64,000 bases of DNA from Marsupella aquatica (GCA_973895155.1 OZ316892.1:27738307-27802306); one strand, 5' to 3'; positions 1 to 13,857 are shown, counted from the first letter of the stretch. The notes: generated from the sequence alone by a model not told the origin. Translations and numbers: made by a program.

Positions 1-560
1 TTGGACACATTATGAAGCTTTACTTCCGCTAGCCCGTTCGCAAATCCAAATCAAGATTGGGTTTGCCAGCTGGAAAAAGACGTTCAAATTCTGCAAATTC
101 ATTCAGGCGAAATGAAACAGAGTTCGATTCTTTAAGATGACTGAATGCCGTGCATCCTGATGCGAAGACTAAGTATACTAAGGAGCTGAGTTGGAGGGAC
201 TAATGAGAAGCGCGACCTCTCAGCAAGGCAATGGATGAGACCATATAAGTATCGTTGTCCGACATTGAAAGAGCTCGACATGAAACAATACCTGATTTGG
301 GGGCAGATTCTGGAACTTTGGAAAGGTGCAGGGTGCGCTCTATGTTAGATTATGGTCCAAAGAAAATGACCGTGGTCAATGCAAAGATTTTGGTTGATGA
401 AGTGAAGACTGGAATTGACCATACTATGCTCGCCTGCGTTCTAGAGGGCCCCGCCGGCAGTGCAAAAACGGCTCTAGCTGCAGCGGTTGCTGCAGAGAAT
501 ATGGTGGGTCTTTCAGACAGCACAAATGTGAAATGTCACCATCTTTAAAGACGCGTGCGC
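1..560 (+). pseudogene. NSF: Degenerate NSF (vesicle-fusing AAA+ ATPase) fragment, D1-D2 junction
   Basis: Frameshifted remnants resembling IGLP...QILQIH, GAELEGL, then PDLGADSGTLERCR, a D2 Walker A-like VLEGPAGSAKTALAA and AENMVGLSDST; contains stops, frameshifts and an internal deletion. Confidence 0.75.
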
Positions 561-1211
561 AGGATCATAGATCCGCGGATAACTTGAGAAGGACTACGGT
601 AGGGAGAAGTGTTTCGCATTACATATTGCTGCTCTGTATTGTTAACAGTTTTGTCAACAGCCCAGCTTTCTAACCCAGAAACCAGAGCCGGTTCACAATG
701 AAAGCTTACTACAAATGCGTTCAATCATGAATTGAAGAGAACGCTTCACAAAATAACTCCGGTAAAGTCGTCGTATATCGTTGGCTTGCTCAGAAAAACT
801 GGACAACTCTACTGAGCAATGTCCTGGAAGTACAGAAAACCATCACACATCCTTTGGTTTCCCAAAAACTATCCTCCGCATTATCGGTTCTATTAAACTA
901 ACAGCTCCAAGGTAAACTGTAAAGACCATCATAACAAAAAACTGTTCTGAAGTGGTCTTCCTACAGACTACCTGCTTACGCTTCCATCCCCTTGCTATAC
1001 TTCTGATATCTATCTGCTGGCTATATAGTCGACGCAAGGCACGCACTCATCAAGCGTTTGCTGGCAAACTGCACGTCAAAATCACGAACAAGTCAGTTGC
1101 ACCAAGTAGATTTCCCGATTTGAGGTTGAGAAGGCCAGCGTTTCAACGCACCCAAAATACGAGGTAAGATTCTATCGCAGAATCGCACAAGATAGGACGG
1201 CGGCGCAGTAC

Positions 1212-3090
1212 TCAGCGCACTGTAACTGCTGCCACGGGGAGTTGATGCTCAGGTCGGTCCACCTCAACGTGACCGGAGCACTCATCGTTAAGTTTCCGAC
1301 AGGAGTCCTTCAATGTACATGTTGGGAGTATGACCAGATATGCAAGAATCTGCACAGTGCACCCGTACACAACTGCATGTGCAGCAGCCACCGGTGCAGC
1401 CATTGACATCCAGAAGGAAGTTCTAGTTCTCACAGTCCCAACATCGGATGTGTGCTTAGAGGAGACTCCTCCCGTGCGTTCCACTGGCTTGAACGCTATT
1501 TGGATAGGCCCACTTCCGACATCTTCACTTCCAGCAATCTTGATCATTTCACCAACACATGATTGGTGACATCAGAATCTGTAATTCAAGCTCGACCATC
1601 GCTGAACTAGTAGTAGATAAAAAAGGGGCAAGACCGACTGAAAAGAGACAGAAAGTGAACTACTCTAGATCGCTATAAGATTACTGACAAACTAATGGGA
1701 GCTGTGGTAACTGAATGTGCTGGAGCTGTGGTACCCACTTGACGATGCTTCAACACGATAGTACAGAGCCTAGCACCGGGTACTTCGATCAGGAGCATTT
1801 AGACTCACCCATTATGTCGACCCCGGGAAATTTGTGTACAATGTCTTCTACAGAATCGAGGAACTTCTCATAGTGGGTTGTCGGGCATGTGCTGGTGCTC
1901 TTGGACACCACTGTACACCCGCCGGCTTTCGCCGAGAGAATAGTATCCAAATGTTCCTCACTCCTGAACCTATCGATAACCATAACCAAAATCTTCGCGA
2001 AGTACAAGGAAACTATTAGAAACTTACAAGCACATGGAACTGGACATATAGACTCAGTTCTCTCTGCAAGATATTGTAGCGAAATGCGTAATTATTTCGC
2101 ACAGAAACGGGCTCAGAAAGAATGTTCACACTAGGGATAGACGCCAATTCGAACAGTGAGTACAGAGCAACTATCAAACCGGGAGGACGACATTCACGTA
2201 GTTTACAAGGCATTGCAGAATATGGACTCACACTTCTTCGCAGACACTTATCTGCCTTCGCTGCTAGAGAAGCCATCGCTGCTGCATCCCAAGGGACCTC
2301 GGCAATAACTTCAATCGGAGGCCGATGTGAGAGAACAGGCTGTCCCTTCACCAAATGCGATACATAGTACTGTTCCATCGTTTCCAAGTTAAAAAATAGA
2401 TGACCTGATCGACCGTCGGGTACCAACAGAGTACTCTGATTGCCGGATCGCAAACTTTGGATGATGGCATTCGCTATTGACCGGTCGTATCGCTGTAAGT
2501 TTCCCTGACTGTCCTTGTAGTGGAGGTTTAGGGATATGTTTCCGGACGAGCTCCCAGGCGAGCTTGGCATTAGGGTCTTCTCGTCGAAAGTGGAAAAAGA
2601 GACAAGTCGTGTCAGTGATCAGCAGGTTTTGTAAGAAAGACTCAATAGCGGTTTACACTGAATCAATTCAACTTCAGAGCAGCCACGCTAACTAGAAGAT
2701 TCACACTCTCGAACTGCCAAGTATAAATTGATACATATCTGCTGCACAAGTAGGAACTAGCGTTCCTAGCTACAGTTGGAATAGACTCACAGCCTGTGGT
2801 GGCGCCTCCAATTGAGGAGTCAAAACGGACACAGAGTCCATGACCATGACTGGCCTTCTCTGCCCACTGCTCACAGCAACTTGCTCCTTCGTGCTCAAGT
2901 TCACGACATACCGCGCCCCTTTAGGATGCACGTTAGAGCATATCGTCCCTAAATCTATCTGCTGCAGCTGGCTCGCAATGCCCTTTCTGATCTGTGCTTG
3001 GTGGTCGGCGCTGTATAGACACCACTGGGTGTCATCTCGCCACCACACTCCTACTTCAGTGGGATTTGCGCAAGGTTGAAGAATGCACAT
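1212..3090 (-). CDS. Tandem-WWE + pseudo-ART (PARP-like) protein, copy A1; exons ~3090-2791, 2576-2232, 1992-1809, ~1550-1212
   Basis: WWE-like motifs VWWRDDTQWCLYS...YVVNLSTKEQ...GQRRPV and HYKDSQGNLQRYD...FFNLETMEQ; C-terminal ART fold (VQILAYLVI...HQLPVAAVTV) aligns with partner B; GT-AG introns conserved with A2, but the last acceptor is unclear. Confidence 0.7.
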
Positions 3091-3832
3091 GACTGCGGAT
3101 AGACCAAGGTGGGCACAGAGGCAGATCTCAGAGACAGACGATATAGTTACGACCAATTTCTGTCGATACTGGTGACAAATATCAGTTGTCGCCTCGATCT
3201 ACTCGAGCGAGGAAGAAGAAAAGGCCAGCTCCTTTAGTAGGATGTGCAGGTCTAAAACGTCTAATGCTCCGGGAGCTAGAAAGTTTGAAGCCTCGCAGAA
3301 AAACGATGGAAATGGAGCTGCAAAGTGCTTGATAGATCGAAGATTTGCCGTCTCCGGGATAGCCCACCCTCTCTCTATAGTCCCAAAGGATCAAGTCTAC
3401 CTCAACAAAGACTCCGCAGAATCTATAGCAAGACAGGCAGGCACCTGCACGGACTAACGATTATTGAAACTAATTCAAGCAGCCGCCAAAGGGAGTATCT
3501 AGATTGAATGCTCGCCTCGAAAACGCTAAGAGTAAGATCTGAAAAGGCGACATACGGATCATGCATTCATTCTTGTACGACTTTACCGTAAATGTTCAAA
3601 TTAGGATTCACGACGAACGGCAATCTCGAAGCCCATTAAGAGCCTCTAGTACACACTGCCCGCGCCCGGTCCCGTACGCACGGCCCCCCCACATTCACGA
3701 TTATTGCCATTGATTGAAACAGCCGCTAGATGCAAAAAAGCGATATTCTCAATTCTCCAGAGATGTTCGACTCGAGATAGTGTACCAAAGTAACCATCAT
3801 GAGGGGGCGATATATGGATGGCACTCGACAAT

Positions 3833-3963
3833 TTGGATTGGAGGTCAGAGACCCGAGCAGTTTACTCTCTGTGCTTCCCTCCGGCTATAATTCAAGTTGG
3901 ATTGGAGGTCAGAGACCCGAGCAGTTCACTCTCTCTGTGCTTCCCTCCGGCTATAATTCAAGT
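3833..3963. repeat. Two direct copies of a ~65-bp unit in the divergent intergenic region
   Basis: ttggattggaggtcagagacccgagcagtt...ccggctataattcaag occurs twice in tandem. Confidence 0.9.
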
Positions 3964-4424
3964 GTGGGATCCTTCACTACGGTTTTTCAATGAATCTTCA
4001 TACTTTGCAGTGGCGGCTGCCCTCCGTGTAGGTACAGAGACCAGTACTCCGTCTGAGCTCTTCCAATCCAGGGCGGTATCATAATCAATCCGAGCTTACA
4101 TCTTGAATCCTTGCAATATCCGTGTAGTACCGCATTCGCGAGGAACGCGTCGTCTCTTTCTGTTAGCTCTTTGTTAGTTGGATTTCAACCTTGCGTCTAA
4201 CCTGGACTATCTTTTCCGTTTCCATGTTTCTAATTTTTTGCCTAGTCCGAAAAGTTCAATCAGTCCCCTCAGTTTGAGTACGTGATGGAGCATCACAGCG
4301 GCAGCTAGATTTCCTACATAGCTCACTAAACGCTCGATTCAAGTCGACTCAAAGGAGTAGGCTGCGTTCTTGCTCGTAAACTGCAAAGTACTTCAGGGTC
4401 CACGCGTAGTCTTCGCCAAGCGGA

Positions 4425-5901
4425 ATGGGTCCCGTGCCAGGGGCTAACCTTCGGTCTCGTGTCCGTGTCTACCACAAGGACCAAGAAGGCGTCCTGCACT
4501 CTCTTCACAATTTTGACTTTTTGGAGAGGGTACTAGATGAAGTTTCAGAAGGTAATACTCCTACAAAACTGCGGGTCCTTACCAGAGCTGATCGGGAGAG
4601 AATGAAAGAGATAGGTGTCGATATAGTCCGACCAAAAGAATTGGATATCGTCATAGAGTTCCCGTGGCATGCAAGGACCTTTATCAACATTGTGGCCAAA
4701 GCAAATGATAAGGCGCTTCGACGTCAGGTATGTACAAAGCTTTTAATCAGGAAGTTGGAAGATCGAGCTTTTTGGCGCTTAATTTGTTGTGTTCGTCCCG
4801 AGGCATGCTGTGTGCACTTGCCATCTTAAGTTTTCCTTCTTGTAATCTGAAATAGGTACTCGTCATGGCCTTGGACCGAATCCGCAGCACCCCGACTTTG
4901 AGAAAGATCCTGGCAACGAAAGGATTGCCAAGTTGTACAATACGGGAGAATCCCTATCTCGAACCTGGACATGCTCCATATGAAAAGTTCATTGAATCTC
5001 TTCTCGTTACTATAGATGCTGGCACTCCTGCTAGAGAGAAGCTGCTTGGTAAATGAGCCAAATCCCGGAAAGTTTCATGTTACAGCTCGTTGGCATTATC
5101 TCAGTATGGTATGCAGGAGATAAAATTCTTGGCAACCAGGCTCCCCACTAGCCATAACTTGAATGATCGCAGAAATTGTCTAGGATGAATAACATGCAAT
5201 TGTGGCCCGACTTATATACTATAGCTGCTATATATGTGTTTACGATTCGGATGACATTTTTGAGAGAGGTGCTAGAGAGATGTCTAGTGGTTGAAATGTC
5301 CTCGAACATATGCAAGTTTAATTTGATCCACATTACAACTGAAGTTATAGAACAACCGGAAGTTAGAGTAGCTTCTCCGAATGAATTTGTGGCTTTTCAC
5401 TCCGAAAGTAGGTAGCTGTATAGCGATTCAGGAGACTTTCAGGATCATGGAAAATAGGTCTAAGTTAGGCAAGGCTGATCGAGGCCAACCAAGCACGAGT
5501 ATGAGTTCTTCATTCTAATTATTAGCTTGGAATTTCGTGGTCTAGAGCGGTTACTCGAAAGTGCTGGAGATGAAGCAGATGAAGCGGCGTTCAAGTCGGT
5601 CGAGAAACGAGGAGTGAGAACAGTATTCCATGGCACAAACCACTCTGTCATGGATGCCATTCTCAATTCTGGTCTGGATCCTTCCTACCGATATAGCGAC
5701 AAAGAGAATGACTACTTTGGAGTTGACTACAGTACTAGCCTAGATTTCACCAAGCGCAAGACTAGGCCCATCCCAAAACTTTGTAAGCTTCTGGTATTCA
5801 TGGTTATAGTGGAGCCAACCGACCCAGTGCCCTCTAGTGGTGCTGTGACTGTCGCTTCGAATAGGTTTCAACTTCCGGTGGCAGAGATAACGCTAGTTTA
5901 G
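4425..5901 (+). CDS. Degenerate-WWE + PARP-like mono-ART, copy B1; exons 4425-4727, 4856-5048, 5546-5901 (~283 aa)
   Basis: PARP-family signature VFHGTN...ILNSGLDP...DYFG...S.DF...LLVFMVIV...QLPVAEITL; splice sites give an open frame and are conserved in B2. Confidence 0.8.
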
Positions 5902-7139
5902 ATAACTAAACTGTCCACCGTTATTAGAGGTGTGACCCCAGGGTGAGACTGAGTGAGTCACACTATTTTGTGTCCAGGGCGTTTTTATATCAGGAATCAC
6001 TCTCATTGCGTATCTATATAACTAATGGCATGAGAAGCAAGAGTTGGGATCTAGGCTCCTAGAGTGAAATGAAGCCTCTAGATCGTGACTCTAGGCCCCA
6101 CCCAAATGATGATCATGAATGCATGATCATTTTTGTAATCCTTTTATTAATATTCAACGAATGGAATGGTCTTCGAGGCTTGTGTTAATTATTATATCAC
6201 ATCCTGCACCCACTCTACTTCGGCGACCCACTTAATGCGACAATGTAGTCTGTGGTTAAAAGAACTCGTGCACGGAATATTGGAAGTATTGGAAGGTCAA
6301 ATGTGGAAGCAAAATCATTGCGACTTGTCGGATTTGAAGAAGTATGCTCATATCATCGAAGAGCGAGAATATTTCACAAACGCTTATGAACCAGTGGGCT
6401 GAATAGTACTAGACTGTCAATGAGGTTGGTCCCAGCCATGCGTGCCTCGACGTATGGCTGCAAGCTGTTGAGTGACCTGCGGATGCGATCACTCTGAACA
6501 CCACTACTGAGGTGTTTGGTTGTGAGGGATCGTGCATCACCCAATTAATCGTCTTCGTTCGAACTGTACTAACGAAAATGTTGTACTAAAAGACAGTACT
6601 ACCGTCCACAGGACATCTTCTCGCGCGGTATGCATTCAAACGTGATACATTTCAAAGATATTTGAGATTCAATCATCCGAAAAACATCCATTGAAACACG
6701 ATCCACATTGTGTCTCCGAAAGTCAATGAGGGATACATGACAAACTTAACTCGAGTTCATTGCCAGGTTCTCAATGAATTGGACCTTCCACCAGCGTCCT
6801 ACATCCGCTTTCTTCCATTTGCTACACTTCTGAATTCAATCTGTTAGCAAGGTATATGTAGTCGAGGCATGGGACATGCTTATAATATCCTCTTTCCACT
6901 TTGTATTTACATAACAAAAAGCACGAATCTATTTACATGTCGAAAAGCACTAATCCGTCGAAACAGTTTCACGAAGAAGCCCTAGTCGATCACTTTGCCC
7001 ATAGTTCAGTCGACGAGAGCCCGGGGAAGATTTATTTACTGTTTTCATCACACGATCCAAAACACGAAGTACTAATCTACCTGGATTGACTCCAGACAAT
7101 CCCACTGTGATTTCTGCCAGAGGAACCATACATGGGCAT

Positions 7140-9039
7140 TCAACGCACTGTGACTTCTGCCAGAAGCAATTGATGCTCAGGTTGGTCCACCTCAACATAA
7201 CCGGAAAAATTCTTCGCTGTACGTGTCGGGATGATCACGAGATATGCAAGAATTTGCACAGTGCAGTCGTACAGAACAGCATCAGCAGCCGCCGTTGCTG
7301 CCATAGCCATTGACAACCAGAAGGTAGCGCTAGTCGACCCCACGACACTCCGGATAACGCATCTGCGCTTAGATCTAGATGACTTTTCTACCGAGCGTTC
7401 CACCCCGGGTACGACGGGTTTGAACGCTATTTGGACAGGCCCAGTTCCGACTTCGTTACTTCCAGCAATTCTAAGCATTTCTCCTGGCACATGATTAGTG
7501 ATTGACATCAGAATCCTGAAATCTCGAACATTAAGCAACGACTACTAAAGAAACGTCAGAGCAAGGCTCTTTAAAACGAGATATAGAGTGTGAGATCCTG
7601 GTGAATGGTCGTAAGACTACAAACTCATGCGATAGAGCTCAACTCAATCTACCTGAACCATGGTCAGTAACCATTTGCAAAGCCTAGCGCCAGGTATTTC
7701 AGGAAAAGTTAGACTCACCCATTATGTCGTCGGTAAATGTATGGAGGATTTCTTCTACAGAATCGATGAACTTCTCATAAAATGCTGCACGGAACGTGCT
7801 CGTGCTCTTTGACACAACTGTCCAAGGGCAGGCTTTCACTGGAAGAATATTGTCCAAATGCTCATCGCTCCTGAACCTGTCGATAACCATGACCAAAATC
7901 TTCGAGAAGTAGACGAAAAGTATTAGAAAAGTGGAAGCGCTTGAAAACTCGACAGCGTATGTACTCTCAATATTAAGGTCTTAGACAAGTTCTTCAGTAC
8001 GGTGTTACAGCATGAATGTCCAAACCGTAGATCGATTGTACACAATGATTGTACTAGCTCCAACCCTACACTACTTAGTAAGGATCTTGAATCGGGAGGA
8101 CAGCAGTCATATAACGAACGTGAGTCACGAAAACATGCAGTAGGAAACAGATCTGCAGCTGCTTGCAGGATGTACATGGACTTACCTTTCTTCGCAAGCA
8201 TTTATCAGCCTTCGCGGCTAGAGATGCCATCGCTTTAGCATCCCAGGGAACCTCGGCAATTACCTGAACTGGAGGCTCATCTGAAAAAATAGGCTCCCCA
8301 TGCACCAAGTGTGAGACAAAATGCTGTTCCATAGTTTCCAAGTTAAAGAAGAGATGACCTGATCGACCATTTGGCACCAACACAGTACTCTGGTTGCCGG
8401 TGCCGGATGTGAAGCCTTGGATGATGGCCTGCGCTATGGACGGGTCGTATCGCTGTAAGTTCCCCTGACTGTCCCTGTAGTGGAGGTTCAGAGACAGATT
8501 TCTCGAAGACCTCCTTGGCGTGCTCGGTAGTAGAGTCTTCTCGCCGAAGTGGAAAAACAGACACAACTCATGTCATTAATCATCATGGCTTTGTTAGAAT
8601 AGTGGTTGACTCAATAATTGTGGCTTGTCAGGAATCTAGATGACTTCAAAACACCGCCACTAAAATATCTAGAAACTGACGGGATGCATAGTGTAGATAA
8701 AGATATGTAAAGAATCTTGTGTTCTCATTGTGGACTTACCACCTGTGGAGGCGCCATTAGTTGAGGCATCGGAGCGGACACAGCGTCGATGACCATAACT
8801 GGCCTTCTCTGCCCACTGCTCACAGCAACTTGGTCCATTGTCTGCAAGTTTACGAGGTAACGCGCCCCGGTAGGATGAACGTGGGAGACTATTTTCCCCA
8901 AGTCTATTTGCTGGAGCTGGTTCGCGATGCCGCTTCTGATGGTGGCTTGGTGGCCTGCACCGTATAGACACCATTTCGTGTCATCTCGCCACCACACTCC
9001 TGCCTCGGTGGGAATTGCGCAAGGCCGCAGATAGCACAT
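7140..9039 (-). CDS. Tandem-WWE + pseudo-ART protein, copy A2; exons 9039-8740, 8536-8186, 7899-7719, 7483-7140 (~391 aa)
   Basis: Paralog of A1 with identical intron positions and phases; spliced frame is open; WWRDDTKWCLY and FFNLETMEQ WWE motifs. Confidence 0.78.
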
Positions 9040-10503
9040 GATCCCGCGGCGGATTGAACAAGGTTAGCACAGAGGCACAACTACCTGTCGAAAGGCAATA
9101 GCTATAGTCGATTTCTCTTGATATATGTACGTAATTGCCACCTCCCGTCCACGATCTACTTCAGACAACCGCTGAAGAGATCCAAAATGTGGAGTGTGCA
9201 GGCCCAAAACGTAGATTACTCTGGGAGCCGGCAAGTTTCAAGCGCTCAGTATGAACTCTGTAATTTATTGAGCTGCGAACTAGCTCAAATTAAGAAGCTT
9301 GCCCTCTTCGAGATGGCAGACTCTTTTTTTCAAGTATCGCTTCAACATCAAGGGCTCTTGTCAAACAGGATTCTGCTTGCGACCGACACGAGAACACCCG
9401 GCAATTGCTGCGGTACAAGATCCATCAGAGTCTTCCCATTATGTAGAACTAGAAACACAGGCATGGAATCTTAATTTACTTGAATCTATCTCACTCCTTT
9501 CGGCGCTAACAGCCATTGGCGGCTGCATGCTTCATTGCTTCTATCGAACACTGACGATCGTCTACCTCTAATCCTCTATAGTAGACGAGTGTAGCTGTCC
9601 TCCTACTAGCCGAAAACACCACCTGCCGATGGAATAATGATCGAGTGGGTCCGATCCCAATCATCAGTCCCAAACTCCGATTCTCAAACTGAGCAACCTA
9701 TTGATTGCGTTGTCCTGAATGTGATACGGTGACGTGTCTTAAAGATAAAAATATTCAGGTAGACACGGTATTATCCCGTTTATTATGACCGGTTTGGTCC
9801 CACTCCTACAAGATGCCCGCCGACTGTGGAGCAAACTTTGGAGTTATGTGGATAAGTTCACAGTAAGTAGCGTTGGGAAGTGTGAAGATATACACCTCAT
9901 GTTCACTTGGAATGCGCAGCAAGACAACCACATTGACTAGCAGGACCCAATGGGTAAGTACAGAAATTCTTGTCCACAATTAAATCTTAGAGCACTACCC
10001 GAAACATGATTGAAGACGGAGGTGGAGGAACTCCATGCAATGTGGGAGTGAAGCAAAGGCGAGTTCTGACTACGGTACTCTTTGTCCTCATCTAAAATGC
10101 TCCGCATGTTTGTGAACCCGTTCAGCTGTAGAGAGCGGCGCAATAGGAGAATCAGGTTTTGATTAGTTATTAGTTCTCCTGAACAATTATGGAGGAAGTG
10201 GCATCCTATCTACTTCAGGCATGACGAGTATCGTAGATGACTCAGGTTGCGTTTTGACAAAGGATCCCGTACGTACCGAAAAGAGCTCTAGCAGAGACAG
10301 ATCGCTCGAGATTGAAAGGAGGTGCCAAGCCTGAGGTGTGTACTCAATGCATCGATCAGGGTATATAGATTTCGTTGAGGAATTGAAGCCAGGCTGACAC
10401 AACGCTCGATTCAAGTAACTCGAACGAGCTTCTTGCGACTCGCTGACTGAAGAGAACTACAGTAGAGCTTCCACGTACGTACTGCCAGTCTTCACGAAGC
10501 GGA

Positions 10504-11911
10504 ATGGTTCCCCGGCCTGCACGGATTTCCTTGCGTTCTCGTGTTCGTGTCTACCACAAGGACAAAGAAGGCGTACTCCACTCTCTCCAGAAGTTCGACC
10601 TTCTGGAGAACATACTCGATGCAGTCTCACTTGGTGAATATCCTACAAATCCGCGGGTCATTACCGGAGGTGATCGAGAGAGAATGAAGGAGACAGGTCT
10701 CAGTATAACCCAACCTCAAGAATTGAATATTGTCATAGAGTTCCCGTGGGATGCGAGGACCTTTATCAACATTGTGGCCGAAGCAAATGATGAAGGACTG
10801 CGACGTCGGGTATGTACAAAGGTTTTAATCAGGGAGTTGTATGATCGAGGCTGTTGGCGCTTAATTTGTTGTGTTCGTCCCAAGGCGTGCTATGTGCACT
10901 TACCATGTCAAGTTTTGCTTCTTGTAATTTAAAACAGGTACTCGTCATGGCCTTGGACCGAATCCGCAGCACCTCGACTTTGAGGAAGATCCTGGCAGCG
11001 AAAGAATTGCCGAGTTGTACAATACGCGAGAATCCATATCTCGGGCCTGGACATGCCCCATACGAAAACTTCATTGAATCTCTTCAACTCACTGTAGATG
11101 CCGGCATTCCTGCCAGAGAAAAACTGCTTGGTAAATGAGCCATATCCCGGAAAGACGCATGTTCTAGCTCGTTGTCATTATCTCAGTAAGCAGGAGATCA
11201 AATTTTTGGCAACCAGGCTCCTCACTAGTATGCGCTCTACCTCAGAACTGGACTGATCGCAGAATTGTCTAAGTTGAATCAAAAATTACAATGGCGGGAC
11301 TTGTATATATAGCTGCTATGTTCACGATTGGGATTGCATTTTGGAGAGAGGTCCCAGGGAGATGCCTACTGGTTGAAGTGTCCTCAAACTTCTTCTTGTG
11401 TCCTCTCCTTTGCGTCGATAGGGGTGCAGATGATTATATGCAAGTTAAAATTGATCCACCTGCATTACAATTTTAAATTAGGCAAGGCTGAGGCCAACCA
11501 AGCACGAGCTTGACTTCGTCATTCTAACATTGTTAGCCTGGAATTTCGTGTCTAGAGCTGCTACTCGAAAGTGCTGGAGATGAAGCAGATGGGACGGCGT
11601 TCAATCCGGTCGAGAAACGAGGATTGAGAATGGTATTCCATGGCACAAACCACTGTGTCATGGATGCCATTCTCAATTCTGGTCTGAATCCTTCTTGCCG
11701 AAGTAGAAATTTAAACGAGGATTACTTTGGAGTCGATTACAGTACTAGCCTGGCTTACACCAAGAACAAGACTTGGCCCGCGCCAACACATTATAAGCTT
11801 CTGGTATTCATGGTTATAGTGGATCCAGCCAACCCAGTGCACTCCACTGGCGCTATGACTGTGGTTTCGAATAGGTTTCAACTTCCGGTGGCAGAGATAA
11901 CGCTAAATTAG
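10504..11911 (+). CDS. Degenerate-WWE + PARP-like mono-ART, copy B2; exons 10504-10809, 10938-11130, 11556-11911 (~284 aa)
   Basis: FHGTN...DYFG...SLAY motifs; same exon structure as B1. Confidence 0.8.
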
Positions 11912-12413
11912 ATAACGACACTCCACCTTATTAGTCGTGTGACCCCAAGATGAGAGTGATTCACACTATTTTGCGTCCAAGGCATGTTTTTATCAGGAAT
12001 CACACTAATTGAGAATGTTAAGTATCCTTTCACATCATGCATCCTCATCCTGTATTGCTCAATTTCAGTTGATCTTGGGAGCAGAGCGAACCATGCTTAA
12101 GCAACGTCAACGGAAAATGGACTCCTGGAACTTTGCTTATTATGATTCCCACTCATTTTACTTGATAGTGTGACTTAACGAGTGTGACCCAAACTTTCAA
12201 AGGCTACGCAATTAGTGTGACATTGTAGACTGTGGTTACGAGAACACCTGCACTGAATCAATGCATACATTGGAAGCTCAAATCTGCAAGCAGGTCTGGC
12301 TTTTGGTAATACTACTGTCACCAAAGTTATCGACAATTGTGATTAAACCACACCTAAAGGGCTACGGTAACCCGCTCTCATTCTAAAGAGTACAACTTCA
12401 TAAATGGGCTTTG

Positions 12414-12555
12414 AGCTCCACAAAAGGTGCTAGTGTTCCACACCCTCCACGAAAGGTGCTGATTACAAAACTTTTTTGGGCAAATACTCCACAAAAGGTG
12501 CTAGTGTTCCACACCTTTTTTGACAAGTACTCCACAAAAGGTGCTAGTGTTCCAA
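12414..12555. repeat. Short clustered repeat ctccacaaaaggtgctagtgttcca (4 copies, one partial)
   Basis: Directly visible repeats at ~12415, 12445, 12487, 12530. Confidence 0.8.
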
Positions 12556-13857
12556 CTTTTATGGTGAGTAGTGAGACATGGAATGAGGCTTTTATAGTGG
12601 CAGGTGTGGTTTAAGGATAGTGATATCAGCGAATAGCTAGAACAATTCACAAATGCTTATTAACAAGTGGGCTGAATAGTAACAGATTTTCGATCAGGCC
12701 TGCAGAGCGCTAAGATGCAGAGGTCGACAAGATGGAGAAGGATTGTAAAGAAACAGAGTGATGATCCTGACTGCGTCCTTTCGCCAGCTCATTTAGAATT
12801 TGACCTCAAGTGCTCAACGATTCAATTCTGCCTATGGAGAGTTCACGAACCCACCTTCATTGATTAAGCACGTTAGGAAGAGTGAATTCTCAGCTGAACA
12901 AGAAAGGTTTTTACTCCCATTCTATCTTGAATGAGGACACACTACTTCGTAGCAGATGAAACTTTTCTGTCCGATCAAATTGGTGACTAGATCCTCTACG
13001 TATATAGTTAAGGACGCCCGGTGTTTCTTAATGAGGTATTGGGTCGACTGTATATGGTCGGCCCGTGTACACGGGTAGACCATATACGGCAGGCAATTTC
13101 CTGACATAAAGAAACAAGCAGGCGTCCTTAGCTGCACGATAAGGGTGTTTCTGTGGTTCAACACAGATTTGTCGCCCTTAGCATTTGAGAGCAGTAGCGC
13201 TATAATCACCACCGGCTTCAAATACAGATCCTGAGCAGTCATGCTGTAATGTTTATTGTATATATATCGTATAAAACTTCGGTAATAATTAATGAGATAT
13301 GATAGTGTCAAAAAGCGCTGTCATGGCAGCACCCTAAAACCCCGAAACCTGAAAAACCACACAGACTACCTTTTCAAGAATGTAGAATTCGTGAAGGATG
13401 GATTTTCTTTGGTTGCCCACTATAATCTCAGATGACCAACTATCTCAACACGCACTCAAATGCAAAATGATAGCTAATCTCACCCATGGGTCAGTGTGGT
13501 CTATAAATATGATTCGGTATAACATGTTGTGCAGACAATTCATTTGCGGACAAAAGACATTTGCTACCTTTCAGCAGAACCTATTATTAGCTTTGCATTA
13601 AGAAACGTTCAGTTTGCCTTGAAAAATCAACATAAATCCATTCAGAGAACAGTATACAGAAGAGAGAAGCCCACAGAATGGTGGATATACATTTCAATAT
13701 AATGCTCGTGAGCTCATTTTGATGCCATCCGTAGTCTTCTTGGAATTCTGTGCGACAAGACGGATACTCACCTCGCACACCAACTTATATATCTTGGTGA
13801 GGACAGATCTGCACTAGCTTATCTACATGCCAACGGAAACCCCACCAGCTGCAGATG

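Noticed and set aside
1212-11911. Annotating the WWE-PARP genes as RCD1/SRO
   Set aside because: No C-terminal RST domain, a different WWE arrangement and a much shorter ART region
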